Origin: a virus
Length of the DNA stretch: 64,000 nucleotides
Direction: 5' to 3' (one strand)
IMG/VR virus record: IMGVR_UViG_3300047557_004034
Span: 81,699-145,698 of that record
Under the pieces are notes generated by a model. That model had not been told where the DNA came from and ran no database searches. It worked only from the letters and a program-made list of their open reading frames with translations. How positions within the stretch are numbered: the first letter of the stretch is position 1; each line of letters opens with the position of its first letter. Positions 51,773-60,364 of the stretch are shown piece after piece. The position numbers and the translations under genes were made by a program.

Positions 51773-53398
51773 TTATGCAAGATTCGAAGAACCTAACTTA
51801 GATTTGGATAAGACCATGTCACTTATGTTAGATACAGATGAAACTATACTCCTTAATTTGGGTTCATATTCACCCGATGCATATCTATTTCCGTTAACAT
51901 TTACGAAGTTTCTAAGTAAATCACCCGCTCTTTTTCCACCAGTCAAATATCTTCTAACCATCAAATCATAATATGCACAAACACCTTCCTGAACTGTTGA
52001 AAAATATTTGTTTTTCCCTGAGTCGGTGTTACCAACATTGAACGGATTTTTAGTCCTTCTTGGTCTAACTGTTTGATTTTTTGACAGTCCTCCCTCTAAC
52101 GCTAATTGAGCTAGTGCTAACTCAGGTGGCACGTATCCTTGTGAAAAGTATCTTTTAGAACATTCGGCCATCATTTGTCCGTCGACACCAGCATTAGGAT
52201 TTCGTTTATCAATGAAGTTTTGACAAATCTCAGCATAAAGTTTGAAAGCTTCAGGGTCGTTCATATCCAAATAGGTAAAATTACCTTCCTTACCAAATTC
52301 TCCTGTAAATTTATTCAATTTAGATTCTGAAAATTTGTTCAAAACTAACAAAGCTAAAAGATGTTTTAAATCTTCGGTTTTCATGACTCCATCTTTAATA
52401 AGACCTACCGAGTCTTGGAATTTTTCTATTGCTGCTTTAGTTTCTGGACCAAGTTTACCATCAATTCCCCATTTGGGTAATTTGAAATTCAGAAATTCAA
52501 GTCCATCTTGAATCATTCTTACGTCATCATCAAATGGGATTTTCATTCCTGGCGTGTATTCAAAAGTTTTTTTAGAATTAACTAATTCTTTCAATTTCTT
52601 TAAAAAAGATGAATTCTCAACGGAGTCGATTATTTCTTTATTTTCCTTTTTGGTGTCTTGTTCATTCAAATGTTGTTCGACAGATAATTCTTTATCTTTG
52701 AGTTGATTAATTTTATCAAAAAGATTTTCGATGTGTTTTGACCTTCTCAAAAACTTGAATACTAAGTTTTCGTAAGACAACTCACCCCCTTTTTCTAAAC
52801 CACACTTTCTATATTCTTTGAGTTTATCTTTAATTGTTTCCAATTTTTCAATACCATCAGTTTCAGAATCTTTAATTGCCGTTTCTATTTTTTCAACCCA
52901 ACTATCAATTTTATTCACCAAAACATTCTTGTCAATTTTTTTAAAATCTTTCTTTGGAACATTAATCCACTCATCATTCGCAACAGAATAAACTGCACTA
53001 CTCACATGGGATTCTTCTTTATCTTGAGCATAAAGTTCAACATCATATCCTAATATTTTAATATCGTGAGAATCGTTGAATATTCTCTTTTTCAAATCAT
53101 ATAATTCTTTATATGTTTCAGATTCTTTCTCGTATTGTTGTAAATCTATTAAGATGTGTAAATCAAAGTCCGAAAAATTAGACCAGTTATAGTTTGCTAA
53201 TGAACCAGTCAAGATAATATCTTCAACCACTACATCCTCACCCAAATAATCAATAAATTCTTCGGCAATTCTTTCTAAAGCTTTTCTCACTTTAGGTTTC
53301 ATTTTTGCATCCTTTGGGTCATCGTAGTTATCCCATATCTTTGGATTCAATGTTTCTTGGAGAGAGAAACTTTTCAATATTTCTGTAAATTTTCCCAT
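51773..53398 (-). CDS. Fusion: Pol-beta-type nucleotidyltransferase + peptidoglycan-binding domain + glucosaminidase/lysozyme-like domain
   Basis: NTase: LTGSLANYNW..SDFDLH, DVELY. PG-binding: IQDGL...IDGKLGPETKAAIEKFQ...GL..DG. GH73-like: LALAQLALEGG, NPFNVG, YAS. Confidence 0.75.
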   Translation of the reverse strand: MGKFTEILKSFSLQETLNPKIWDNYDDPKDAKMKPKVRKALERIAEEFIDYLGEDVVVEDIILTGSLANYNWSNFSDFDLHILIDLQQYEKESETYKELYDLKKRIFNDSHDIKILGYDVELYAQDKEESHVSSAVYSVANDEWINVPKKDFKKIDKNVLVNKIDSWVEKIETAIKDSETDGIEKLETIKDKLKEYRKCGLEKGGELSYENLVFKFLRRSKHIENLFDKINQLKDKELSVEQHLNEQDTKKENKEIIDSVENSSFLKKLKELVNSKKTFEYTPGMKIPFDDDVRMIQDGLEFLNFKLPKWGIDGKLGPETKAAIEKFQDSVGLIKDGVMKTEDLKHLLALLVLNKFSESKLNKFTGEFGKEGNFTYLDMNDPEAFKLYAEICQNFIDKRNPNAGVDGQMMAECSKRYFSQGYVPPELALAQLALEGGLSKNQTVRPRRTKNPFNVGNTDSGKNKYFSTVQEGVCAYYDLMVRRYLTGGKRAGDLLRNFVNVNGNRYASGEYEPKLRSIVSSVSNISDMVLSKSKLGSSNLA

Positions 53399-53419
53399 AC
53401 CAAATAAATAGGCTAATTA

Positions 53420-53662
53420 TTATAGTTTTTTATATTTGTGGTTCTTTGCAATTTCTGAAACGAAAAATTTACCCTGTGATTCTGCCATTCTGAATTGTGT
53501 GTATAATTTATGTGGTACTTCATCATACTCATACTTAAGACCATTATTAAACTCCACAATCAGTTTTTTTGTTTCAGTATCGTATTCTGTTTTTTTTATG
53601 TTGGATGATTTGATTTCATTTATAATTTTTGTTCCAACGATTTCTTCTTTAATAACTCCCAT
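53420..53662 (-). CDS. KTSC-domain protein
   Basis: SSNI....YD.....LIVEFNNG..YEY..VP...Y..F..AES.GKFF...I. Confidence 0.9.
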   Translation of the reverse strand: MGVIKEEIVGTKIINEIKSSNIKKTEYDTETKKLIVEFNNGLKYEYDEVPHKLYTQFRMAESQGKFFVSEIAKNHKYKKL

Positions 53663-53720
53663 AATATTTTTTTTTAAATCTATTAATTAATCATATTAAG
53701 TATATCTAATAATTATTATC

Positions 53721-54269
53721 ATGGAACTAGAAGAAATTGGTAGGGAGAAACAACCATTCGGTCAAGGTATCGAGCACCAAATATTCTCATCTCCTAACAA
53801 ACCTGATGTCATTTTCAAGGTTGGAGAGTGGGATGTTATTAATGAATGGTATGATGTATTTAAATCAGACCCTAATATCTTTCCAAGAGTTTATAGACTT
53901 GGTAGATTACCAAACAAACAATATTATTACGTGGAGTTAGAAAAGTTGGACACTCAAAAGTTTGAAGATAATTGGGACGATTTGGAACTCGATTTAGAAG
54001 AATTAGGTATATTAGATGTTGATAGAGGAGAAAGTTTCACTGATTTATATACTTATGAAGGTTCTTCTGCATCAGTTTTTACTGAGATTGGTAAAAAACT
54101 ATCGAAACATAATCCTGAATTATACAAATTTTATATTGAGTTGTTAACCGTAATAAAAAAGGCGGAAAAAATCCAAAATAAAATTCTTAAAAAAGATACT
54201 TTAGTAGATGCTCACAAATATAATTTTGGTTATTCCAAAGACGGAAAACTTAAATGTTTAGATATATAA
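53721..54269 (+). CDS. Minimal protein-kinase-like (PKL) protein
   Basis: Gly-loop FGQG, VIFK lysine, YVELEKL hinge, catalytic loop DAHKYN, terminal CLD. Confidence 0.6.
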   Translation: MELEEIGREKQPFGQGIEHQIFSSPNKPDVIFKVGEWDVINEWYDVFKSDPNIFPRVYRLGRLPNKQYYYVELEKLDTQKFEDNWDDLELDLEELGILDVDRGESFTDLYTYEGSSASVFTEIGKKLSKHNPELYKFYIELLTVIKKAEKIQNKILKKDTLVDAHKYNFGYSKDGKLKCLDI

Positions 54270-54294
54270 AAAACCCTCCGATTTGGAGGGTTTT
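54270..54294. terminator. Bidirectional terminator between convergent genes
   Basis: AAAACCCTCC-GATTT-GGAGGGTTTT. Confidence 0.85.
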
Positions 54295-54297
54295 AAT

Positions 54298-54717
54298 TTA
54301 GATGATGTTAATCTTATTTTTTCTTTTTTCAGTGTCCTTATTGTATTTCGGAATATAAACCGTAAGGATACCGTCAGAAATTGTTGCTTCAATTGTTGAA
54401 GAGTTATATGTGTTATTCAATTTAACTCTTTTACTTATTGTTTTTTGTTTTTCAACTCCATTAACTTTATATTTTCTTAGTCCTTCCAACACTAATTCAG
54501 AACCCTCTACAGTAATTTCTAAATTTTCTTTGTTAAAACCTGGTACTTCAAAATGAAGATATGCTCCATCTTTTACGTGATTTATTTCATAATCCTCATC
54601 TTTTACATACTCTGTTTGCTCGTCAACTGGAACTAAGCGATAAGTACTTGTGTAATAAGTTGATGGAGAGTTGAAGAACTTGTCAAACATTTTGTTTAAA
54701 TCATTTCCGTAAATCAT
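54298..54717 (-). CDS. Small heat-shock protein (Hsp20/alpha-crystallin)
   Basis: FEVPGFNKENLEITVEG..L.LEG, IEATISDGILTVYIPK. Confidence 0.9.
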   Translation of the reverse strand: MIYGNDLNKMFDKFFNSPSTYYTSTYRLVPVDEQTEYVKDEDYEINHVKDGAYLHFEVPGFNKENLEITVEGSELVLEGLRKYKVNGVEKQKTISKRVKLNNTYNSSTIEATISDGILTVYIPKYNKDTEKRKNKINII

Positions 54718-54759
54718 AGTTTTTAATTTTTTTTAAATTTATTTATTTTCACTGATATA

Positions 54760-54831
54760 TTCAAACAATATACCAACTCAGTCGATATGACATAATGTCT
54801 CATTAATTTTTTATTTAATGACAAGTTGTCT
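54760..54831 (-). promoter_or_regulatory. Sigma54-like -24/-12 promoter plus two TGACA-N3-TGTCT boxes upstream of hsp20
   Basis: Minus strand TTGGTATATTGTTTGAA (GG-N10-GA, 54776-54760). Near-palindromes TGACATAATGTCT (54788-54800) and TGACAAGTTGTCT (54819-54831). Confidence 0.5.
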
Positions 54832-54927
54832 GTTTCATATTTTTCATCCTGTTTATTTGTCAATAAATTTGTTTGTGTCCGATAATTGATGGATATTTGT
54901 AAAAACTAAACATAAAATCTAAAAATT

Positions 54928-56934
54928 ATGAATGAATTAATGGATGATGATGATAAGCAAACGAGTAAGAAAAAGAATACAGATAGTTCTACTCCCGTTT
55001 TAGATAATTTCAGTCGAGATTTAATCAAACTTGCTGAGATGGGTAAACTCGACCCCGTTATTGGTCGAGAAAAAGAAATTTTGAGAATTGCCCAAATTCT
55101 TTCAAGAAGAAAGAAAAATAATCCTGTAATAATTGGAGAACCTGGTTGTGGTAAAACCGCTATCGTAGAAGGATTGGCCATTAAGATTTATAATGGGGAG
55201 TGTCCGAGAAATTTAGTCGATAAAAGGATAGTCGCTTTAGACCTAACTTCAGTTGTTGCCGGTACAAAGTATCGTGGACAATTTGAAGAAAGGATGAAAG
55301 TCATCATGGAAGAACTACAACAAAACCCTAACATTATTGTATTCATTGATGAAATACATACATTGGTTGGTTCAGGAAATGCTGCGGGGTCAATGGACGG
55401 TTCGAATATATTCAAACCCGCGTTAGCTCGTGGCGAACTCCAATGCATCGGAGCAACAACCTCTGATGAGTTCCGTAAATCATTCGAGAAAGATGGTGCA
55501 TTGGAGAGAAGATTTCAAAAAGTTGTGGTTGACTCTGCAACTGTCGCTGAAACAATAGAAATATTGAAAAATGTTCGCGATAAGTATGAAACCTTCCATA
55601 AAGTAACCTACACTGATGAAATAATCGAAACTTGTGTAAAACTTGCTGACAAGTATATTACAGACAGAGAGTTTCCTGATAAGGCCTTCGATATTTTGGA
55701 TGAAGTTGGTGCTAGAATGCAAACTGAACTCAAGGTTCCTGAAGTAATTGATGATTTGAAGAAGAAAGCAGCAGAACTCAGACAAATGAAGATGGACGTG
55801 GTTAAAAAACAAAACTACGAACAAGCCGCAGAACTGAGGGATAAAGAAAAGAAACTTATCACAAAACTTGAAAGTGAAAAGAAGAAGTTTGAAGAACAAC
55901 TTCAAAAGGAAAAACAACCAATCACTTTAGAAGATGTTTATGATGTTGTTTCCACAATAACCAAAATTCCTGTTTCTAAAATGTCTGTAGACGATGTCAA
56001 AACTCTTGTCAACTTGGATAAAGAACTTGTGGGTAAAGTTATTGGTCAAGACGATGCTGTTCTCAAAATTGTCAAATCAATCAAAAGAAACAGACTTGGA
56101 ATCAAAGACCCGAATAGACCTATTGGAACATTTGTATTCTTGGGCTCTACTGGTGTTGGTAAGACCTATTTGGCAAAACAACTCGCTAAAGAAATGTTTG
56201 GTAGTGAGGAATCTCTGATTAGGGTTGATATGAGTGAATACCAAGAGAAACACACTATTTCAAAATTGGTAGGTGCTCCTCCCGGATATGTTGGATATGA
56301 CGAAGGTGGTCAACTCACTGAGAAGGTGAAAAATAAACCTTACGCAGTAATACTTTTCGATGAGGTAGAAAAAGCTCATAAAGATATTTTCTCAATCCTC
56401 CTTCAAATCATGGATGATGGTTATGTTACCGATAGTTTGGGGCGTAAGATTAATTTTAAAAATACCCTCATCATCCTCACATCAAATTTGGGTGTAAAGA
56501 AATTTCAAGAATTCGGTGCAGGTATCGGGTTTGGAACTAACTCATATTCAAATGAGGAAGCGAAGAAACAAATCTTGATGAAAGAAATGAAAAATTTCTT
56601 CTCACCAGAATTTCTCAACAGAATAGATGATACCATTATGTTTAATACACTATCTGAGGAAGATATCAAGAAAATAACCCGAATAGAGTTAGACAAATTG
56701 GTCAATAGATTGTCGGAAATGAAATACAAAATCAAATACAACGAGTCAGTGGTTGAGTATATTGCAAAAATTGGGTACGATAGTACCTATGGTGCTCGTC
56801 CAATGAAAAGAGCAATTCAGGATAAAGTCGAAGACTTTTTATCTGAAGAAGTTCTTCTTGGTAAACTTAAAGAGAATACACAATATGTTCTCAAAGTGGA
56901 AGAAGAAACAGTTAAGATTACAAAGGGTAAGTAG
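54928..56934 (+). CDS. clpC: ClpC-type AAA+ unfoldase lacking the N-terminal domain
   Basis: Two AAA modules (GEPGCGKT/FIDEIH and GSTGVGKT/LFDEVEKAH), UVR-like M-domain (QNYEQAAELRD), ClpP-docking loop GIGF. Confidence 0.9.
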   Translation: MNELMDDDDKQTSKKKNTDSSTPVLDNFSRDLIKLAEMGKLDPVIGREKEILRIAQILSRRKKNNPVIIGEPGCGKTAIVEGLAIKIYNGECPRNLVDKRIVALDLTSVVAGTKYRGQFEERMKVIMEELQQNPNIIVFIDEIHTLVGSGNAAGSMDGSNIFKPALARGELQCIGATTSDEFRKSFEKDGALERRFQKVVVDSATVAETIEILKNVRDKYETFHKVTYTDEIIETCVKLADKYITDREFPDKAFDILDEVGARMQTELKVPEVIDDLKKKAAELRQMKMDVVKKQNYEQAAELRDKEKKLITKLESEKKKFEEQLQKEKQPITLEDVYDVVSTITKIPVSKMSVDDVKTLVNLDKELVGKVIGQDDAVLKIVKSIKRNRLGIKDPNRPIGTFVFLGSTGVGKTYLAKQLAKEMFGSEESLIRVDMSEYQEKHTISKLVGAPPGYVGYDEGGQLTEKVKNKPYAVILFDEVEKAHKDIFSILLQIMDDGYVTDSLGRKINFKNTLIILTSNLGVKKFQEFGAGIGFGTNSYSNEEAKKQILMKEMKNFFSPEFLNRIDDTIMFNTLSEEDIKKITRIELDKLVNRLSEMKYKIKYNESVVEYIAKIGYDSTYGARPMKRAIQDKVEDFLSEEVLLGKLKENTQYVLKVEEETVKITKGK

Positions 56935-56963
56935 AAAAGGGAGGATTTAATCCTCCTTTTTTT
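56935..56963 (+). terminator. Intrinsic terminator after clpC
   Basis: AAAAGGGAGGAT-TTA-ATCCTCCTTTT followed by further T's. Confidence 0.8.
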
Positions 56964-56977
56964 ATATTTATCATAGA

Positions 56978-57628
56978 ATGAAAACAAACCTCAGAAAAAT
57001 TATAAGGGAAGAACTTACGGTTTTGTCAAACTTTGATAAACTCATCAATTCTTTTAGAAGTGATTTCCCTCAAGACCTTCAAAATAAAGTTGACGGCATA
57101 TCCTTATATGTAAAAAACTATGTCAGAGAGAATGGGTTCAATATAAAATTTCTTAATAGTTGCAGGACGGGATTCAAAGGAGTTAGAACTAATAATTTCA
57201 TAATAATTTGTTCACCGATGCAAATTGAAAACATTGGTGATTTTCTTTATACCATTTTTCATGAAATAAGACACGAAGAACAAATGGGTAAATTAAAAAT
57301 TGATAACCCTTTAACAGGACAATTGGAAGATTTTGAAAAATTATTCGAAGATTATTGGAAATTAGAGTTGGATGCAGATGAATTTGCTAAGAAAAAAATA
57401 TCAGAACTTGTTTTAAAATTTGGTATACCAATCGGCACCGCTAAACAAAATTTCAGACTATCTCCTTATGTCGAAAATTACCCAAGCACTTCTAAAATGG
57501 TGAAAAACTATATGAAAACGATAGTTGACGATATTAAGAATATGAGAAAATCAGGGATGGAATACAATGATATTGCTGACCATCCTGTTGTCAAAAATCA
57601 CTTGGAAAAATTAGAAGATTTCTTTTAA
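56978..57628 (+). CDS. HExxH zincin-like metalloprotease homologue
   Basis: IFHEIRHEEQ followed by ELDADEFA (ExxA third-ligand motif). Confidence 0.6.
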   Translation: MKTNLRKIIREELTVLSNFDKLINSFRSDFPQDLQNKVDGISLYVKNYVRENGFNIKFLNSCRTGFKGVRTNNFIIICSPMQIENIGDFLYTIFHEIRHEEQMGKLKIDNPLTGQLEDFEKLFEDYWKLELDADEFAKKKISELVLKFGIPIGTAKQNFRLSPYVENYPSTSKMVKNYMKTIVDDIKNMRKSGMEYNDIADHPVVKNHLEKLEDFF

Positions 57629-58467
57629 TCCCAAAGAGAGTAATTTTTCGAAGTATCTTTTTTCTCTTTGTAATGTAAATTGTAACCCAACAATTCTATC
57701 ATTTTCTTACCAATCTCAATTCCATTATATACGTCTTCTATTACAACATATTCATTTCTGGTGTGATAGTTGTAATATCCTATTGAAAAATTGATACAAG
57801 AAAAATCAAAAGATTTTCTCAAAGCATAAACATCTGTATATGGGTGAACCATGTATTCCATAAAGTTTTGATTCATAGATTCTGTAAGAACCTTATCGCA
57901 AACTTTGAAAAAATCAGAATCTCTGTCAAATAGAACTTGTCCAAAACATTTTTCTGTGACCATCCAATTTTCAGGTGCATCGAACTGAATTGCATAACCT
58001 ACGTTAGCAAAAAATCCTGTGTTAGCTTTCAATGAACCATGACACCCTGTTTCTTCGGAAACGAAAAATGCCGCTTTCAAATTCGGTAATTCTTTTAATA
58101 GAGTTAGACACGCAAAAACACCACACTTATCGTCTCCACCAATTCCTGTTGGTTTACCATTACCATCTAATGCAAATAGAGAACTTTTTAATTCATCCTG
58201 AGCATTTGGAAGTTCAGATTCTTGAATGAAAATTTCATTTATTTCGTGTACGGTATCAGTGTGGGAGACCACGCAAGGATAGAAAAAATTTTCATCTTTC
58301 ACGACGTTATCTGTCTTTGTTGCATAAACGTTTTTGTATGCATCAACAAAAAATTCTATATTGTTTTCAGTCAACCAAGTCGTCAAGTATTCAACCATTC
58401 TATCTTCTTTATAAGTTTTGGTGGGAACACTCAAAACTTCTTTGAGAAGTTGTAAATTATAGTTCAT
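57625..58467 (-). CDS. Zn-dependent M20/M28-like peptidase/hydrolase
   Basis: SHTDTVH, GGDDKCG, EETG..GS, IQFD, YHT.NE. ATG at 58467 preferred because TATCTTTG (-7 box, 58489-58482) overlaps the track's GTG. Confidence 0.8.
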   Translation of the reverse strand: MNYNLQLLKEVLSVPTKTYKEDRMVEYLTTWLTENNIEFFVDAYKNVYATKTDNVVKDENFFYPCVVSHTDTVHEINEIFIQESELPNAQDELKSSLFALDGNGKPTGIGGDDKCGVFACLTLLKELPNLKAAFFVSEETGCHGSLKANTGFFANVGYAIQFDAPENWMVTEKCFGQVLFDRDSDFFKVCDKVLTESMNQNFMEYMVHPYTDVYALRKSFDFSCINFSIGYYNYHTRNEYVVIEDVYNGIEIGKKMIELLGYNLHYKEKKDTSKNYSLWD

Positions 58468-58501
58468 ATCTAATATTTTCACAAAGATATGAAAAAAAAT
58501 T

Positions 58502-59863
58502 TTATTTTTCGTCTAAAATGTTGAAAAGTTCCGGTTGATTTAAAAATAAGTTGAAGTGTTGTTCGTCAAACTCGTGTATTTTGTCACGGTCAAATCTTCC
58601 ATCTTTGTCTTTAGTAAGAATCTGAACTTGTATCTTACCTGTAGAATTATCAATTCCAAGAACCTGAAAAAATAAATTTGGGTCTTTGGGTGTTTTATGA
58701 ACTTTACGAAAATCATACTTGTTTTTGATTTTCCAATATAACTCATAAATTCTTTTATATTCTTCACCTTCTTCCTCCAATTTTTCGATAATCGTATCCA
58801 AAGTATCACCCCATTTTCTATTCAATTGTTCCATATCTAACAATCTACTGTTTTCGTAATCATATTGGTTATCATACCAACCCCCCAAATTACCTTTTTT
58901 ATTTTCAAAATAATCTTCGAGTAATTCTTTTAAAGTTGCTCGGCTATCTCCAACTTCAGAATATATTTTCAAAATTTCTGAAATTGGTAATTTTACTATT
59001 TCACGAGTTAAATCCACATCCAATCCAACCTTTTTGAAATACTCAACAAGTTCTTCGTTTACATCCACGTATGCACTGTCATTCATTTGCTCATTTACCG
59101 CATCAGTCCATGTTGATATAATATCATCCATGTATCTACCAAACTCATCGTATAATAATCTAAAAATTTGTCGAAAGTAATCTTCTGACTTTTCATATTT
59201 TACCTTAGGCATCAAAAAAGAAGAAATGTATTCCAACTTTTTTTCATTTTCTTCATCGAAATGCCAAAAAGGACCATAACCTTCTTTCATATCTTCGTAA
59301 TCAGAATCATAAGTTCTAAACTCCCACCTACGACTGGATACCCAATTGTAGAAAGAAATATCGTCTTCGTCTAAACCAATTCTTTCTAAAAATTCATCGA
59401 AGTCATTAAAGTCCAAAGAAATTTTTGGTTCTTCATCATCGTTGTTTACCACACGAAGTATTAAAGAGTCGGCATTTTCTAACGTCCTTGCAGTTATTTC
59501 ACCTCTCATGAAACTTCTAAGTTGATTAAAAAAGTTCGACCCTAAAAGTTTTTTGGTCATTTGTTCTTCTACTCCAAAATAGTCTTTCAAATTTTTCTGA
59601 ACATCAGATAATGAAACTTCGTTCTCGTTGGAATCTAAAATATCGTTATTGATTAGTCTTCTGAATGACTCTACTCTACCATTGATTTTATCTATAAAAA
59701 CATATGTTACAGTACCTTTATCGTTGAATCTTTCAGACATATAACGGTTTCCACAAAAATAATGGTTTTTATCATAATGACAGAGTGCGTCCATGGTCAA
59801 TGGTCTAATAATTGTTAAATCATCATCATCAAATATCACTTTAATTTTATCTTCCATACTCAT
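58502..59863 (-). CDS. Hypothetical acidic protein
   Basis: 453-aa ORF with TATTTAT 6 nt upstream. Confidence 0.7.
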   Translation of the reverse strand: MSMEDKIKVIFDDDDLTIIRPLTMDALCHYDKNHYFCGNRYMSERFNDKGTVTYVFIDKINGRVESFRRLINNDILDSNENEVSLSDVQKNLKDYFGVEEQMTKKLLGSNFFNQLRSFMRGEITARTLENADSLILRVVNNDDEEPKISLDFNDFDEFLERIGLDEDDISFYNWVSSRRWEFRTYDSDYEDMKEGYGPFWHFDEENEKKLEYISSFLMPKVKYEKSEDYFRQIFRLLYDEFGRYMDDIISTWTDAVNEQMNDSAYVDVNEELVEYFKKVGLDVDLTREIVKLPISEILKIYSEVGDSRATLKELLEDYFENKKGNLGGWYDNQYDYENSRLLDMEQLNRKWGDTLDTIIEKLEEEGEEYKRIYELYWKIKNKYDFRKVHKTPKDPNLFFQVLGIDNSTGKIQVQILTKDKDGRFDRDKIHEFDEQHFNLFLNQPELFNILDEK

Positions 59864-59882
59864 AATGATATAAATATTTTTG

Positions 59883-59914
59883 TTTGGTGAATAATATATT
59901 TATTCTTACCTTTG
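59883..59914 (+). promoter_or_regulatory. Bacteroidota sigma-A promoter for tmRNA-tRNA
   Basis: TTTG (59883-59886), N20, TACCTTTG (59907-59914): consensus -33/-7 elements and spacing. Confidence 0.8.
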
Positions 59915-59933
59915 TAAGGTTCTTTGAAAATAT

Positions 59934-60356
59934 GGGGAAGACATGGAATCGACTGCAATATGTAGGTACAAGTGGCATGTCGGAGCTGAATTAACTCCGT
60001 AAAAACTGATTTGAAAAACAAATGGCAATACTTTTGCTAAGATGTCTGCTCTCGGTTTGATGAGAGAAGCATCTGTTGTTGCTGCGTAATCGTAGAGAAC
60101 AACACTCGGGTCGGTAAGGACATATACCTAGGAACAGAAGTCCATGAGGTTTAACAAATACCGCGTGATTCAGTTCAGGAAATTTGTTTGGTGGTGTTTT
60201 CGGTTCAAACCAACTCAATAGGAACCGACCACGGTTGTTAGTTCTAATGGAAAAATAAGAACTATCTATTTGTTGATTGAGAACTAATCAAATAAACATG
60301 TAGTCATTTGTGGTTGCTATTGCAAGACGAGGGTTCGAGTCCCTCCTTCTCCACCA
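59934..60356 (+). ncRNA. ssrA: tmRNA
   Basis: 5' GGGGAAG pairs with 3' CTTCTCC-ACCA including the G3.U wobble. GGAATCGAC D-loop-like segment, T-arm GAGGGTTCGAGTCCCTC, and a tag ORF at 60024-60089 ending AA-stop. Confidence 0.93.
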
Positions 60357-60364
60357 TTTTTTTT

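Noticed and set aside
54718-54927. CIRCE (HrcA) or CtsR operator upstream of heat-shock genes
   Set aside because: No TTAGCACTC-N9-GAGTGCTAA and no clean CtsR heptad direct repeat; a different palindrome is present.
56936-56946. GGAGG as an SD for the 56978 gene
   Set aside because: It is more than 30 nt from the ATG and forms the stem of the clpC terminator.
59991-60218. 75-aa minus-strand ORF, and the 12-codon ATG ORF at 60022
   Set aside because: Both lie within the tmRNA; the AA-stop frame at 60024 fits the tag pattern better.
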